This document shows positions 45,135 to 52,747 of a stretch of DNA of 52,747 nucleotides, piece after piece. The position numbers and the translations under genes are program-made. The notes beneath the pieces were generated by a model. The model was not told where the DNA came from. It did no database searches and saw only the letters and a list, made by a program, of their open reading frames with translations. Every line of letters starts with the position of its first letter. The first letter of the stretch is position 1. The stretch is from a virus (lineage: Duplodnaviria; Caudoviricetes). The stretch covers positions 1-52,747 of the IMG/VR virus record IMGVR_UViG_3300025886_000034; one strand, given 5' to 3'.

Positions 45135-46746
45135 TGCTACCCTCTTCTACCAAACTATCGAAAAACTTTGACATAGATTTAGCTAACTCGCTTTGATCTT
45201 CAGTCTCTTTCGGTATAAATTCGAACGTCTCATTCGAAATTTTTGGTTGAGGTTTTTCATCTTCTATCCTTTCTTCGTATTCTTCGTCGCTACCTTCTTT
45301 ATCAATTTCTTTACCAATCTCTTTAATGTCTTCTTCGGACATTTTCAAAATATTTTTCTTGATGTAATCGTGAGAGAAATATTTACCAACATACTGATCC
45401 ATATCGTTCAGCATAGATATTCTTTCTCGAATTATTTCAGTTTCTTTTAACTCAATAAAATGCGAATCCGAAATGAAATCATAATTGATATTTTCTTTTA
45501 ATTCCAACCACTCTTTCTTAGTGCATACACCTTTCAATAACAATTGAGTTTCCAGCAATCGGTCAAACAAGTGCGAGAAACGCATTCTCAATCGACCAAC
45601 GAACTTGCTGAATTTTACTTCATCCCGTGTGATTTCCGAAGCACGCCCTAAAGAAAAACCGGTATCGGCCTCCAAACGTGATGCCGGTACATTCAGCGAT
45701 TTATAAAGTTTTTTCTGAAAGTATAATACGTCATCAATCTCGCCGAGGTTCTGTCCGCCAGGCAATGTAGTAATCTCCGTACCTCTACCACCTTCTCTAC
45801 GAGGCAACCAGAAGTCTTCTAACATGGTTTGATAACGACGATCATCCCTAACCTCACCTGTGTTAGCGTCATACACCAACTTGTTCTTATACTTCTGCAT
45901 CACGTCGCGCAAGTATTGTTCAGCCTTCATCTTGGGAAGATTACCAACATCGATATAAAAAATTCGACGTTCTGGTGCGCGAGAAATCCTATAGATAACT
46001 GTCGCATCCTCAAGCATCCTTAATTGGTTCAAAGGCTTGATTGCTTTGCTCAAATGTGACAGAATATCTTTTCCATTATGGTCAAGAATTCCAGAATGCA
46101 CATAGCACACCGAGTCAGGTGAAATCTTCAATCCATTGTTAGCGTCTTTTTGGAAGCCTTTTTCGGAATAGATAAAATACTCTATAGGTTTTGTATATAA
46201 AGTGTCATTTACGTTATTAGTTTTTTTATCCTTCGGGGTTTCTCTAACCTTACGGATTTTCCGAGGGTCAATATAACGAATCTCTTTCACACCTTTCTTT
46301 GGTGATTTTTCGTCGATGACCATATGGTAGTATAGTTTTCCGTCTACATACCATCTACGAAAAATATCATATGCTTGATTATTGAAATCTAAAAGTTTCA
46401 TTGTGTGATGAAACTCTTCTCTAATTTTATTTTTGAATGCTTCTGATTGTTCTAGTTTATCGAGTATAATTTGCACTGGGTAGTCATCCTCAGAATAAAT
46501 AATAGACTCATTAACAATATCATCTATTGCAGCATCACATTCTGGTTGCGATGACATTTCTCGATACTTACCAATTAAGCTGCTACCGGATTTGGCGGTT
46601 CCTTCAAGATCGACATATGTACCATACACACCGTTACCAGAAATGGTTATTGCGGCGTCATCGTCGGTTGGAGGAACAAAAGATTTTAGTGCTGCTGATT
46701 CAACATCATCCTTTCCAATTTTATATCCAAATAATGTAAATGCCAT
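45115..46746 (-). CDS. gp20: Portal vertex protein
   Basis: FRRWYVDG, LNQLRMLEDATVIYRISRAPERRIFYIDVGNLPK.KAEQY, EDFWLPRREGGRGTEITTLPGGQNLG. Confidence 0.98.
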   Translation of the reverse strand: MAFTLFGYKIGKDDVESAALKSFVPPTDDDAAITISGNGVYGTYVDLEGTAKSGSSLIGKYREMSSQPECDAAIDDIVNESIIYSEDDYPVQIILDKLEQSEAFKNKIREEFHHTMKLLDFNNQAYDIFRRWYVDGKLYYHMVIDEKSPKKGVKEIRYIDPRKIRKVRETPKDKKTNNVNDTLYTKPIEYFIYSEKGFQKDANNGLKISPDSVCYVHSGILDHNGKDILSHLSKAIKPLNQLRMLEDATVIYRISRAPERRIFYIDVGNLPKMKAEQYLRDVMQKYKNKLVYDANTGEVRDDRRYQTMLEDFWLPRREGGRGTEITTLPGGQNLGEIDDVLYFQKKLYKSLNVPASRLEADTGFSLGRASEITRDEVKFSKFVGRLRMRFSHLFDRLLETQLLLKGVCTKKEWLELKENINYDFISDSHFIELKETEIIRERISMLNDMDQYVGKYFSHDYIKKNILKMSEEDIKEIGKEIDKEGSDEEYEERIEDEKPQPKISNETFEFIPKETEDQSELAKSMSKFFDSLVEEGSNDKEEK

Positions 46747-46778
46747 TGTCGCTTCCTGTATGTATTAGTTTCTTATTC

Positions 46779-46786
46779 TATTTATA
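46779..46786 (-). promoter_or_regulatory. Late promoter for gp20
   Basis: TATAAATA. Confidence 0.8.
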
Positions 46787-46807
46787 ACACGAAAAAACTC
46801 AACCAAT

Positions 46808-46831
46808 AAAAAAGGAGGCAATTGCCTCCTT
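46808..46831 (-). terminator. Intrinsic terminator after the tail tube genes
   Basis: AAGGAGGC-AATT-GCCTCCTT-TTTT. Confidence 0.85.
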
Positions 46832-46857
46832 CTTTATACCAATATAATATATGATTA

Positions 46858-47385
46858 TTATTCGGTTGTCAAGTGTGAATACTGGAAAGTTACCGAATAT
46901 TCAGCAATTGTGTCAAAGTTGTCATATGACAAGTCTAACTGAGCCAGTTCTGTTGGGAATGCATTTTCCAAATTATATGTTCTCAGATCAGAACCACTTT
47001 GATCAGTATGAATAACACTGATAGTTCCTTGATAATCGTTGGTATCACTTCCTGCCAAATCTTCCTGACTGTAATCTGAAGCTTTGATATATTGCAACCA
47101 CGCTTCCATATCTTTGTGAAGTTGCATTTTTTCATCTGCAATAAACGTTGCGGTCCATTCTGCGAAGGTTCTGTCGCCAGGCACCTTCATTTTACGACCA
47201 CCAAAATGTGGAATCTCAACTACACCAACTGAAAATGCTGGGATAGCTGCAGTTTTACACAGATATCTGATGTTGGTATTAGTAACACCAACTTGGTTGG
47301 GAAAAGTAATGTCCACATAGAAATTGTTAGGTCTGGCTGCAACGCCTAACGCGCCTTTGAAGCTTGATAATTTTAATCCTGCCAT
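46858..47385 (-). CDS. gp19: Tail tube protein, paralog 2
   Basis: ARPNNF, CKTAAIP, GRKMKVPGDRTFAEWTAT, FPTELAQLDLSYD, EYSVTFQY. Confidence 0.9.
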   Translation of the reverse strand: MAGLKLSSFKGALGVAARPNNFYVDITFPNQVGVTNTNIRYLCKTAAIPAFSVGVVEIPHFGGRKMKVPGDRTFAEWTATFIADEKMQLHKDMEAWLQYIKASDYSQEDLAGSDTNDYQGTISVIHTDQSGSDLRTYNLENAFPTELAQLDLSYDNFDTIAEYSVTFQYSHLTTE

Positions 47386-47395
47386 TTCGTTCTCC

Positions 47396-47914
47396 TTATG
47401 CTACTAACGTGGTGAAGTAATCATACGTCCAAGTAACAGTATACTCTTCAACAGTATCTGTAGTATCGTAGGATAAATCGATTGTACCAATTTCACTAGC
47501 GAAACAGTTTATTAAACTATACGTTCTTACTGCAACACCCGCAGCGTCAAGCTGAGAGACTGTGAGAGTAGATCTTCCTGCGGTTCGATCACCAAGCGAT
47601 TCCGCTTCGAAATCAACATCAGTAAACGAACTTTGATGAGTTTCTAGTGCTGCGCGAATAGCAAAGCTTTCGTCATTAATGACGGTAGCAGTCCACTCAT
47701 TGAACACTCGATCCCCAGCAAGTTTTAGTCTTCTGCCACGAAACGGAACTTCGATCAAACCCACTGTGGAGCTAGGCAGTGCGGCCGCTTTAGTCAAAAA
47801 CGAAAAGTTTGCTGCCACACCATCAAGACCACCACCACTATAAGTTACTTCGAAAATATTGGAGCGGGCACCCGCTCCAATTGCTGTTTTCATGTCTTGT
47901 AATGTAAATGCCAT
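47396..47914 (-). CDS. gp19: Tail tube protein, paralog 1
   Basis: GARSNIF, KAAALP, PFRGRRLKLAGDRVFNEWTATVINDE, IDLSYD, EEYTVTWTY. Confidence 0.92.
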   Translation of the reverse strand: MAFTLQDMKTAIGAGARSNIFEVTYSGGGLDGVAANFSFLTKAAALPSSTVGLIEVPFRGRRLKLAGDRVFNEWTATVINDESFAIRAALETHQSSFTDVDFEAESLGDRTAGRSTLTVSQLDAAGVAVRTYSLINCFASEIGTIDLSYDTTDTVEEYTVTWTYDYFTTLVA

Positions 47915-47940
47915 TTTTATATCTCCTTATTGACTTTTAA

Positions 47941-49869
47941 TTAACCCCCGATCTCTGCAAATGCAGCGGCACCGGCAACTGAAGTAAAGTTCAGTTGGAT
48001 GAAGTTAACAGAAGCAATAGGTCGGACAAAAATGTCACATACAAACTCATTAGCATTTACTACAGAGTCTGGATTGTTAGTGCCGTCGCATATTACGCGG
48101 AAGTCAGTAACACCTCGACCACCCTGCACTGTGCGCAAGTATGATCCAACAAGATTGCTAAATGACGCTCTTTGTGCTGCATCATTCTGACCAAACAAAA
48201 CGTCTCCAGCAGCATCCCCAATAATACTTTGGATAGTGATGAACAAACGACGAACATTGATTCGGCTAAATGAAGTTTTCTTCTGCGTGAAAGTCTTGTC
48301 ACCAAACAATACAGTTCCGCGACCAGGCTGAGAGAAGATAGGATTGATACCTAACTTGTACAGTGAGTCACGTTCTGCTTCTGTAGGATTCCAAGCAAGA
48401 CGTACAGAGTTTAAGATACGGCCGTTTTGATAACCAGCAGGAGAGAACCAAGGCTCACCATTAGCATCAGTACGTGCAATACACCCAGCAACATCAGCAT
48501 TACAAGGAACATATGTATAAACATCGTTGTAACGATCAAAAGCATACTTCCAGTTGGAATCGGCGACTGCGTAAGTAGAACGAGCACTTATAGTGTCAGC
48601 GAAAGCAGCAATGTTAGTAGATTCTGTACCAGCAGAGTTTACAACGTCAGCTCTTTGTGGTGAGAATACAGCGACACAATCTTTACGCGCTTCGGCGATT
48701 GTAATTGCTGCGTTTACTACGGTAGCTCCGCCTTGACCGCAGATGATAACATCAACGTCAAGATTCAGCTTATTAGCAAACAACTGTATACCAACAATTC
48801 TTTCTGCATCACCAACCCCATCACCTTCAGCACCACCGCCGAGCGAATCAATATGAACCAAAGCGACACCACCATCAGCAAATGTTGTTCCTGATGCAGT
48901 ATTTCCCCAGTTTGATGATTGCGCAGCTACTGTACCTAAACCACCAGAAACATAAGTGTTTGTGATTCCAGTCGCGGCGATTTCAAAAGTACTACTGGTA
49001 ACAGCTGTGATAGCACCAGTGAGATCAAACTCACCGCCAGTTGCAGAATCAATAATACCAGTTACTACAACTGTTTCACCAACGACAAGTGTGTGAGCAG
49101 CAGAAGTATAGGTAACTTTATCTACCGAGAAAACAGCATCCGTGATTGTTGCGGTCTTTTCAGCAACAGTAGCAACGTGATTAGCCCAACGAATATACTG
49201 TGAAGTATTGTTGATTACGTTCTTGTAGTAGTTTGTTCCACCGTCGATCTTGCGAGCGTCAGAAGCTTTAGATACAGCTTCAAACTTCTCAAGAAGTGTG
49301 CCAGGCACACCAGTGATCTTTCCATCTTCATCGATAACTGCAACGTGAAGTTCGTCATTTGATCCGCCGAGGGCGGTAGCAAAGTCAGAAGTTCCAGGCG
49401 CAACATCAAAGAAACCTTTAAAATCTGAGAAAGATGAATCTTCGAAACCAGTAGCACTTTCACAAATCACAACTTTAAGTGAGTTACCCAAAACACCAGC
49501 GTGTTTTGCAACCCAATGACCAGAACTAGTTAAGGTTGCCTCAAGATATGCGTCATCGTTTTTGACAAGAGTACCGGATCCAGCAGAATCTGCGTTTAAA
49601 GCATTATCACCAACAACACGCACAACGTACTGTGACGCTGAGTATGCAAGATAACTTGATGCAGATAAAAAGTCTACGTTATTAGTTATACTAGGTACAC
49701 CAAATTTAGAAACAAGATCAGTTTCGCTTGTTACTAATGTGGGTTGGTCGATAGGACCCCAGCTAAATGCTCCAACAGAAGCGCCTGTGGTAGTTCCAAC
49801 CGAGCCTACTGAAGTGACTTGATCCGCTTCAGTAATTTTTATTCCAGGCGATTGTAAGTTAATTGCCAT
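47941..49869 (-). CDS. gp18: Tail sheath protein
   Basis: SPGIKITE, FSWGP, PWFSPAG, GTVLFGDKT, RINVRRLF, NFIQLNF. Confidence 0.97.
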   Translation of the reverse strand: MAINLQSPGIKITEADQVTSVGSVGTTTGASVGAFSWGPIDQPTLVTSETDLVSKFGVPSITNNVDFLSASSYLAYSASQYVVRVVGDNALNADSAGSGTLVKNDDAYLEATLTSSGHWVAKHAGVLGNSLKVVICESATGFEDSSFSDFKGFFDVAPGTSDFATALGGSNDELHVAVIDEDGKITGVPGTLLEKFEAVSKASDARKIDGGTNYYKNVINNTSQYIRWANHVATVAEKTATITDAVFSVDKVTYTSAAHTLVVGETVVVTGIIDSATGGEFDLTGAITAVTSSTFEIAATGITNTYVSGGLGTVAAQSSNWGNTASGTTFADGGVALVHIDSLGGGAEGDGVGDAERIVGIQLFANKLNLDVDVIICGQGGATVVNAAITIAEARKDCVAVFSPQRADVVNSAGTESTNIAAFADTISARSTYAVADSNWKYAFDRYNDVYTYVPCNADVAGCIARTDANGEPWFSPAGYQNGRILNSVRLAWNPTEAERDSLYKLGINPIFSQPGRGTVLFGDKTFTQKKTSFSRINVRRLFITIQSIIGDAAGDVLFGQNDAAQRASFSNLVGSYLRTVQGGRGVTDFRVICDGTNNPDSVVNANEFVCDIFVRPIASVNFIQLNFTSVAGAAAFAEIGG

Positions 49870-49940
49870 TATTTTTCTCCTCCGTTAAGATTTTATAATA
49901 GGAATCACGTAAAAATGTTTGTTTTCCAGATTACTACTAT

Positions 49941-49948
49941 TATTTATA
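49941..49948 (-). promoter_or_regulatory. Late promoter for gp18, overlapping the gp17 stop
   Basis: TATAAATA. Confidence 0.8.
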
Positions 49949-51575
49949 AAAATTCAACTTTCAACGGTTCGGCAAAATCCCACACCTGACCGCTATCATC
50001 TACATACTTTTCTTCTTCCAAACCATTATTTATAAAACCGACAGGTGCAACATTATTCTCTATTGCCTCTATCTGATTTTTATACATCTCCTCTCGTATA
50101 TTAATATCAGTTAGGTCTTTAAAATAAGGATCGGTGAACAGCCAAGAAAACAAAACAAGTGTCATAACCAAATCATCATGGTATCCCTCATCTGCAGAAT
50201 AACTTCCTTTGTTTTCTATGAAGGTTGATATTTCCGATATGATATCCATATCAGTTATTAAAAGTTTCTTTTCCTCAACCAAAGATTTAAATGTAGAACA
50301 TCCAATGCGTTTTATTTTTTTATCTGTTGTGATACCATATTCTGTTCTACCAGACCCACCGAAACCGCTGTTGATTTTTTGCCCAGTGCTAGATCTACTG
50401 ATAAAAAGTAAGTTTTCATACTCGTATTCATTATGTAGTATTTGGGCAACTTGCTCGGATGAATTGATTTCTACTAGTATAAATGATTCATTGTATTGTT
50501 TAGCAACAGTATGTATAACTGAAGGGTACAACAAAGGGCTAATCTTATTGTTACGGTATTTAGCAGATATTGTAAATGGAGATTGTGTAATATCAATAAC
50601 AGTAAATGCAGAATAGTCACCCCCAACACCCTTCGCGGTGTCAGCAACCAACACGTAAACGTGACCAACCTCTGGATCCTTAAATATATCCAACCCATCT
50701 TTATGCATTGTGGGTGGAATGCCTGACATTTGTGATATAACATCTGAGTTAATCAATGTCAGACTTGACCCGAGGAACTTACACAAGACTTCCTGATTGT
50801 ATTTTAGATCTCCCAGAAGTCTGCGCTGTTCGTTTGCCCACGCTTCGTCTCTGCCGGGAATTTCCCAATACGGAATAAAAAGATTTACAAAACCATTTCT
50901 GTCTTCTTCCGCATCATTCCAGAACTTCCAGAAATGATTATAACCAAGCGGAGTAGACGAGAGTAAAATCTTTGTGGTTTCACCAGAAGAAATGGTGGGG
51001 TATACAGAAGTAAAAAAGTCTTCTGCAACGTTATTGGGGATAATTGCTGCTTCATCTACGTATAGCATATTAACGGATCGCCCACGAATTGCACTGGATG
51101 ATGTTGCGGACGTGAATACTTTGGATCCGTTCTCTAATTCTATGTCACCCTTATTCCAAGTCGTAACACCTTGCTGTAACCATACAGGCAAGTGTTCATA
51201 CATAACTTGATATCGAGATAATACTTCCCGCGCTGCGGCAGCCTTATTAGCGAGGATCGCAACCGTTTTGTTTGCGGAAAACAAGGTTGTCCAAAGAATA
51301 TATGCAGCCGAAGTAGTTGTCTTTCCCTGTTGACGCCCTTCCATCAAAATAATTCTACGATTTTCGTGAATAATATTGATTTTATTCTTTTGACACTCAT
51401 ACAAATCGAACGGTTGTAATCCGTGATCAAGCGTTACAATCTTGCAATAATTTATAATAAAGTAAATAGGATCGCCAGCACATCTCATGTACTCTTCGAT
51501 CTGTTCTCTAGTAAAGTTTACTGCAACACCAGCGGCCTTTAGGTTTTGATTACCAAGATACTGTGTTGTTGCCAT
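49944..51575 (-). CDS. gp17: Terminase large subunit
   Basis: YLGNQNLK, RQQGKTT, YVDEAA, SSTPLG, ADTAKGVGGDYS, HDDLVM. Confidence 0.97.
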   Translation of the reverse strand: MATTQYLGNQNLKAAGVAVNFTREQIEEYMRCAGDPIYFIINYCKIVTLDHGLQPFDLYECQKNKINIIHENRRIILMEGRQQGKTTTSAAYILWTTLFSANKTVAILANKAAAAREVLSRYQVMYEHLPVWLQQGVTTWNKGDIELENGSKVFTSATSSSAIRGRSVNMLYVDEAAIIPNNVAEDFFTSVYPTISSGETTKILLSSTPLGYNHFWKFWNDAEEDRNGFVNLFIPYWEIPGRDEAWANEQRRLLGDLKYNQEVLCKFLGSSLTLINSDVISQMSGIPPTMHKDGLDIFKDPEVGHVYVLVADTAKGVGGDYSAFTVIDITQSPFTISAKYRNNKISPLLYPSVIHTVAKQYNESFILVEINSSEQVAQILHNEYEYENLLFISRSSTGQKINSGFGGSGRTEYGITTDKKIKRIGCSTFKSLVEEKKLLITDMDIISEISTFIENKGSYSADEGYHDDLVMTLVLFSWLFTDPYFKDLTDINIREEMYKNQIEAIENNVAPVGFINNGLEEEKYVDDSGQVWDFAEPLKVEFL

Positions 51576-51578
51576 AAT

Positions 51579-52022
51579 TTATTTTTTCCCAATTAGCTGC
51601 TGAAGCTCTGCAGTACTCCCAACAAAAAGTGTATTACTTACGTTAGTAACCCCAGACGCCAGCGCATCTTTCGCATCTTCTTTCTTGACATCTTTGACTT
51701 TCTTCGACAAGTCTAAAAGGTCTTTGTTGGTATCAGCAATCGTTTTGATTAATTGCCCCGCAACTTCATACGCTCTTGGAGACTCGGTTTCTTTTGCAAG
51801 GTACATCATATTGGTTATAACATCCTTACCGTTCTCAATCAGCCCCTTGAGATTGTTTCTGGCATACTCATAGTCTGCTTCTACGTTCTCATTTTCTTTG
51901 CTAGAATGAACAACTTCTTGCTTTGGCTTTTCTTCTGTATAAAAATCTTCTTCGCTTATTTCGATGATACCATTGTCAATATTCAAGAAATCACTTATCT
52001 TTTCGTCTACAGTTTTCTTCAC
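51579..52022 (-). CDS. gp16: Terminase small subunit
   Basis: DYEYARNNL, SPRAYEVAGQLIK, LFVGSTAELQ. Confidence 0.93.
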   Translation of the reverse strand: MKKTVDEKISDFLNIDNGIIEISEEDFYTEEKPKQEVVHSSKENENVEADYEYARNNLKGLIENGKDVITNMMYLAKETESPRAYEVAGQLIKTIADTNKDLLDLSKKVKDVKKEDAKDALASGVTNVSNTLFVGSTAELQQLIGKK

Positions 52023-52744
52023 GTTATTACCTCCGTAACATTAAGGCCCGCATCACCAATATAGTTGTATGTGTCAGTAGCGACATTATCATCCCATTGG
52101 AAATATGCAACCTCTGCGTTAGTGATATAATCAGATGTCGTTACAGGTCCAAACAAGTATCCCTTGACAGTAAAATCTAAATCCCAAGATAATATCCTAT
52201 TGCTACCATAATCCCCTTCGTAACTATCATCAGAAGTCACGGAGCCAAGCTCTATTGGAATATCCATAGTAGCATTGACATCAGGCAAAACCTTCATCGT
52301 CACCGTATAATCAGGTACAAAGAAAGGTAAGATTTGTTCTATAAGCTGGGTACCATCTTCAGCATTCTTAGTCAAAATACTTAGTTGGAAATTAAAATCA
52401 TATGGCACCGGAGCATATGTCGTGGGAACATTTGAGTTTACTGTGTCCAGTGTTCCCTGAAACTTAGAAAATGGATTTAGTTTTCTTGTGGGATTGTATC
52501 CCATACTTGACATAGCAAATCCTATGCGTGGTAATATAGTAGAAACAGGTCTAGTAAAATCTGGATCTGCCAACACCCTTTCGATTTGTTTTTGTTTAGG
52601 GCCATAAGAAATGGGAACATTCAGCGTCTGCGCAACAGCACCCAAAGAATCATATCTTTTGATCTGCATATCATTAAAGATATTGCCAAACATAATGACA
52701 TATCTTCTAATTGTTCCGTGATAAAAATCGTGACCAAAAATCAT
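52019..52744 (-). CDS. gp15: Tail sheath stabiliser / tail terminator
   Basis: FYHGTIRRYVIMFG, VPISYGPKQK, LPRIGF, PVPY, QLIEQILPFF. Confidence 0.93.
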   Translation of the reverse strand: MIFGHDFYHGTIRRYVIMFGNIFNDMQIKRYDSLGAVAQTLNVPISYGPKQKQIERVLADPDFTRPVSTILPRIGFAMSSMGYNPTRKLNPFSKFQGTLDTVNSNVPTTYAPVPYDFNFQLSILTKNAEDGTQLIEQILPFFVPDYTVTMKVLPDVNATMDIPIELGSVTSDDSYEGDYGSNRILSWDLDFTVKGYLFGPVTTSDYITNAEVAYFQWDDNVATDTYNYIGDAGLNVTEVIT

Positions 52745-52747
52745 TTA

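Noticed and set aside
644-52064. The many plus-strand ORFs (60-190 aa) in the track
   Set aside because: They lie antisense to well-supported minus-strand genes, show no recognisable motifs, and are the expected shadow ORFs.
1-52747. tRNA genes or genetic-code reassignment
   Set aside because: No cloverleaf was recognised in the short intergenic gaps. Core genes translate full-length in the standard code, and the only break (gp45) is explained by a duplication.

Overview
This is a 52.7-kb segment of a large T4-like (myovirus) dsDNA phage genome with a marine/environmental T4-like gene order. Essentially all credible genes lie on the minus strand. Read from the right end, it holds the virion core module: gp15, gp16, gp17, gp18, two gp19 paralogs, gp20, an ~11-kb accessory structural island, gp67, gp21, gp22, gp23 and gp3. 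Next is the recombination/replication module: uvsY, uvsW, gp55, gp47, gp46, gp45, gp44, gp62, regA, hsp20, gp43, uvsX, gp40 and gp41. The left end carries a late-promoter cassette of proteins with capsid-targeting-like N-termini. Consensus sigma70 promoters, gp55-type TATAAATA late promoters and intrinsic terminators are visible, and a spanin pair points to a diderm (Gram-negative) host. No tRNA, CRISPR array, intein or transposase was recognised. Best leads: (1) a GNAT/2OG-Fe(II) hydroxylase + PLP enzyme + dCMP deaminase + amino-methyltransferase cluster between gp46 and gp45, a candidate DNA hypermodification pathway; (2) apparently capsid-packaged nucleotidyltransferase-like enzymes and modular polyproteins; (3) a covarying tandem-hairpin RNA element; (4) a ROSE-like thermometer on hsp20; (5) a phage-encoded GmrSD-like nuclease; (6) the paralog-rich structural island with a collagen fibre and a Cys-cluster protein; (7) a 26-bp duplication that frameshifts gp45. 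All family assignments come from motif recognition by eye, with no database searches.
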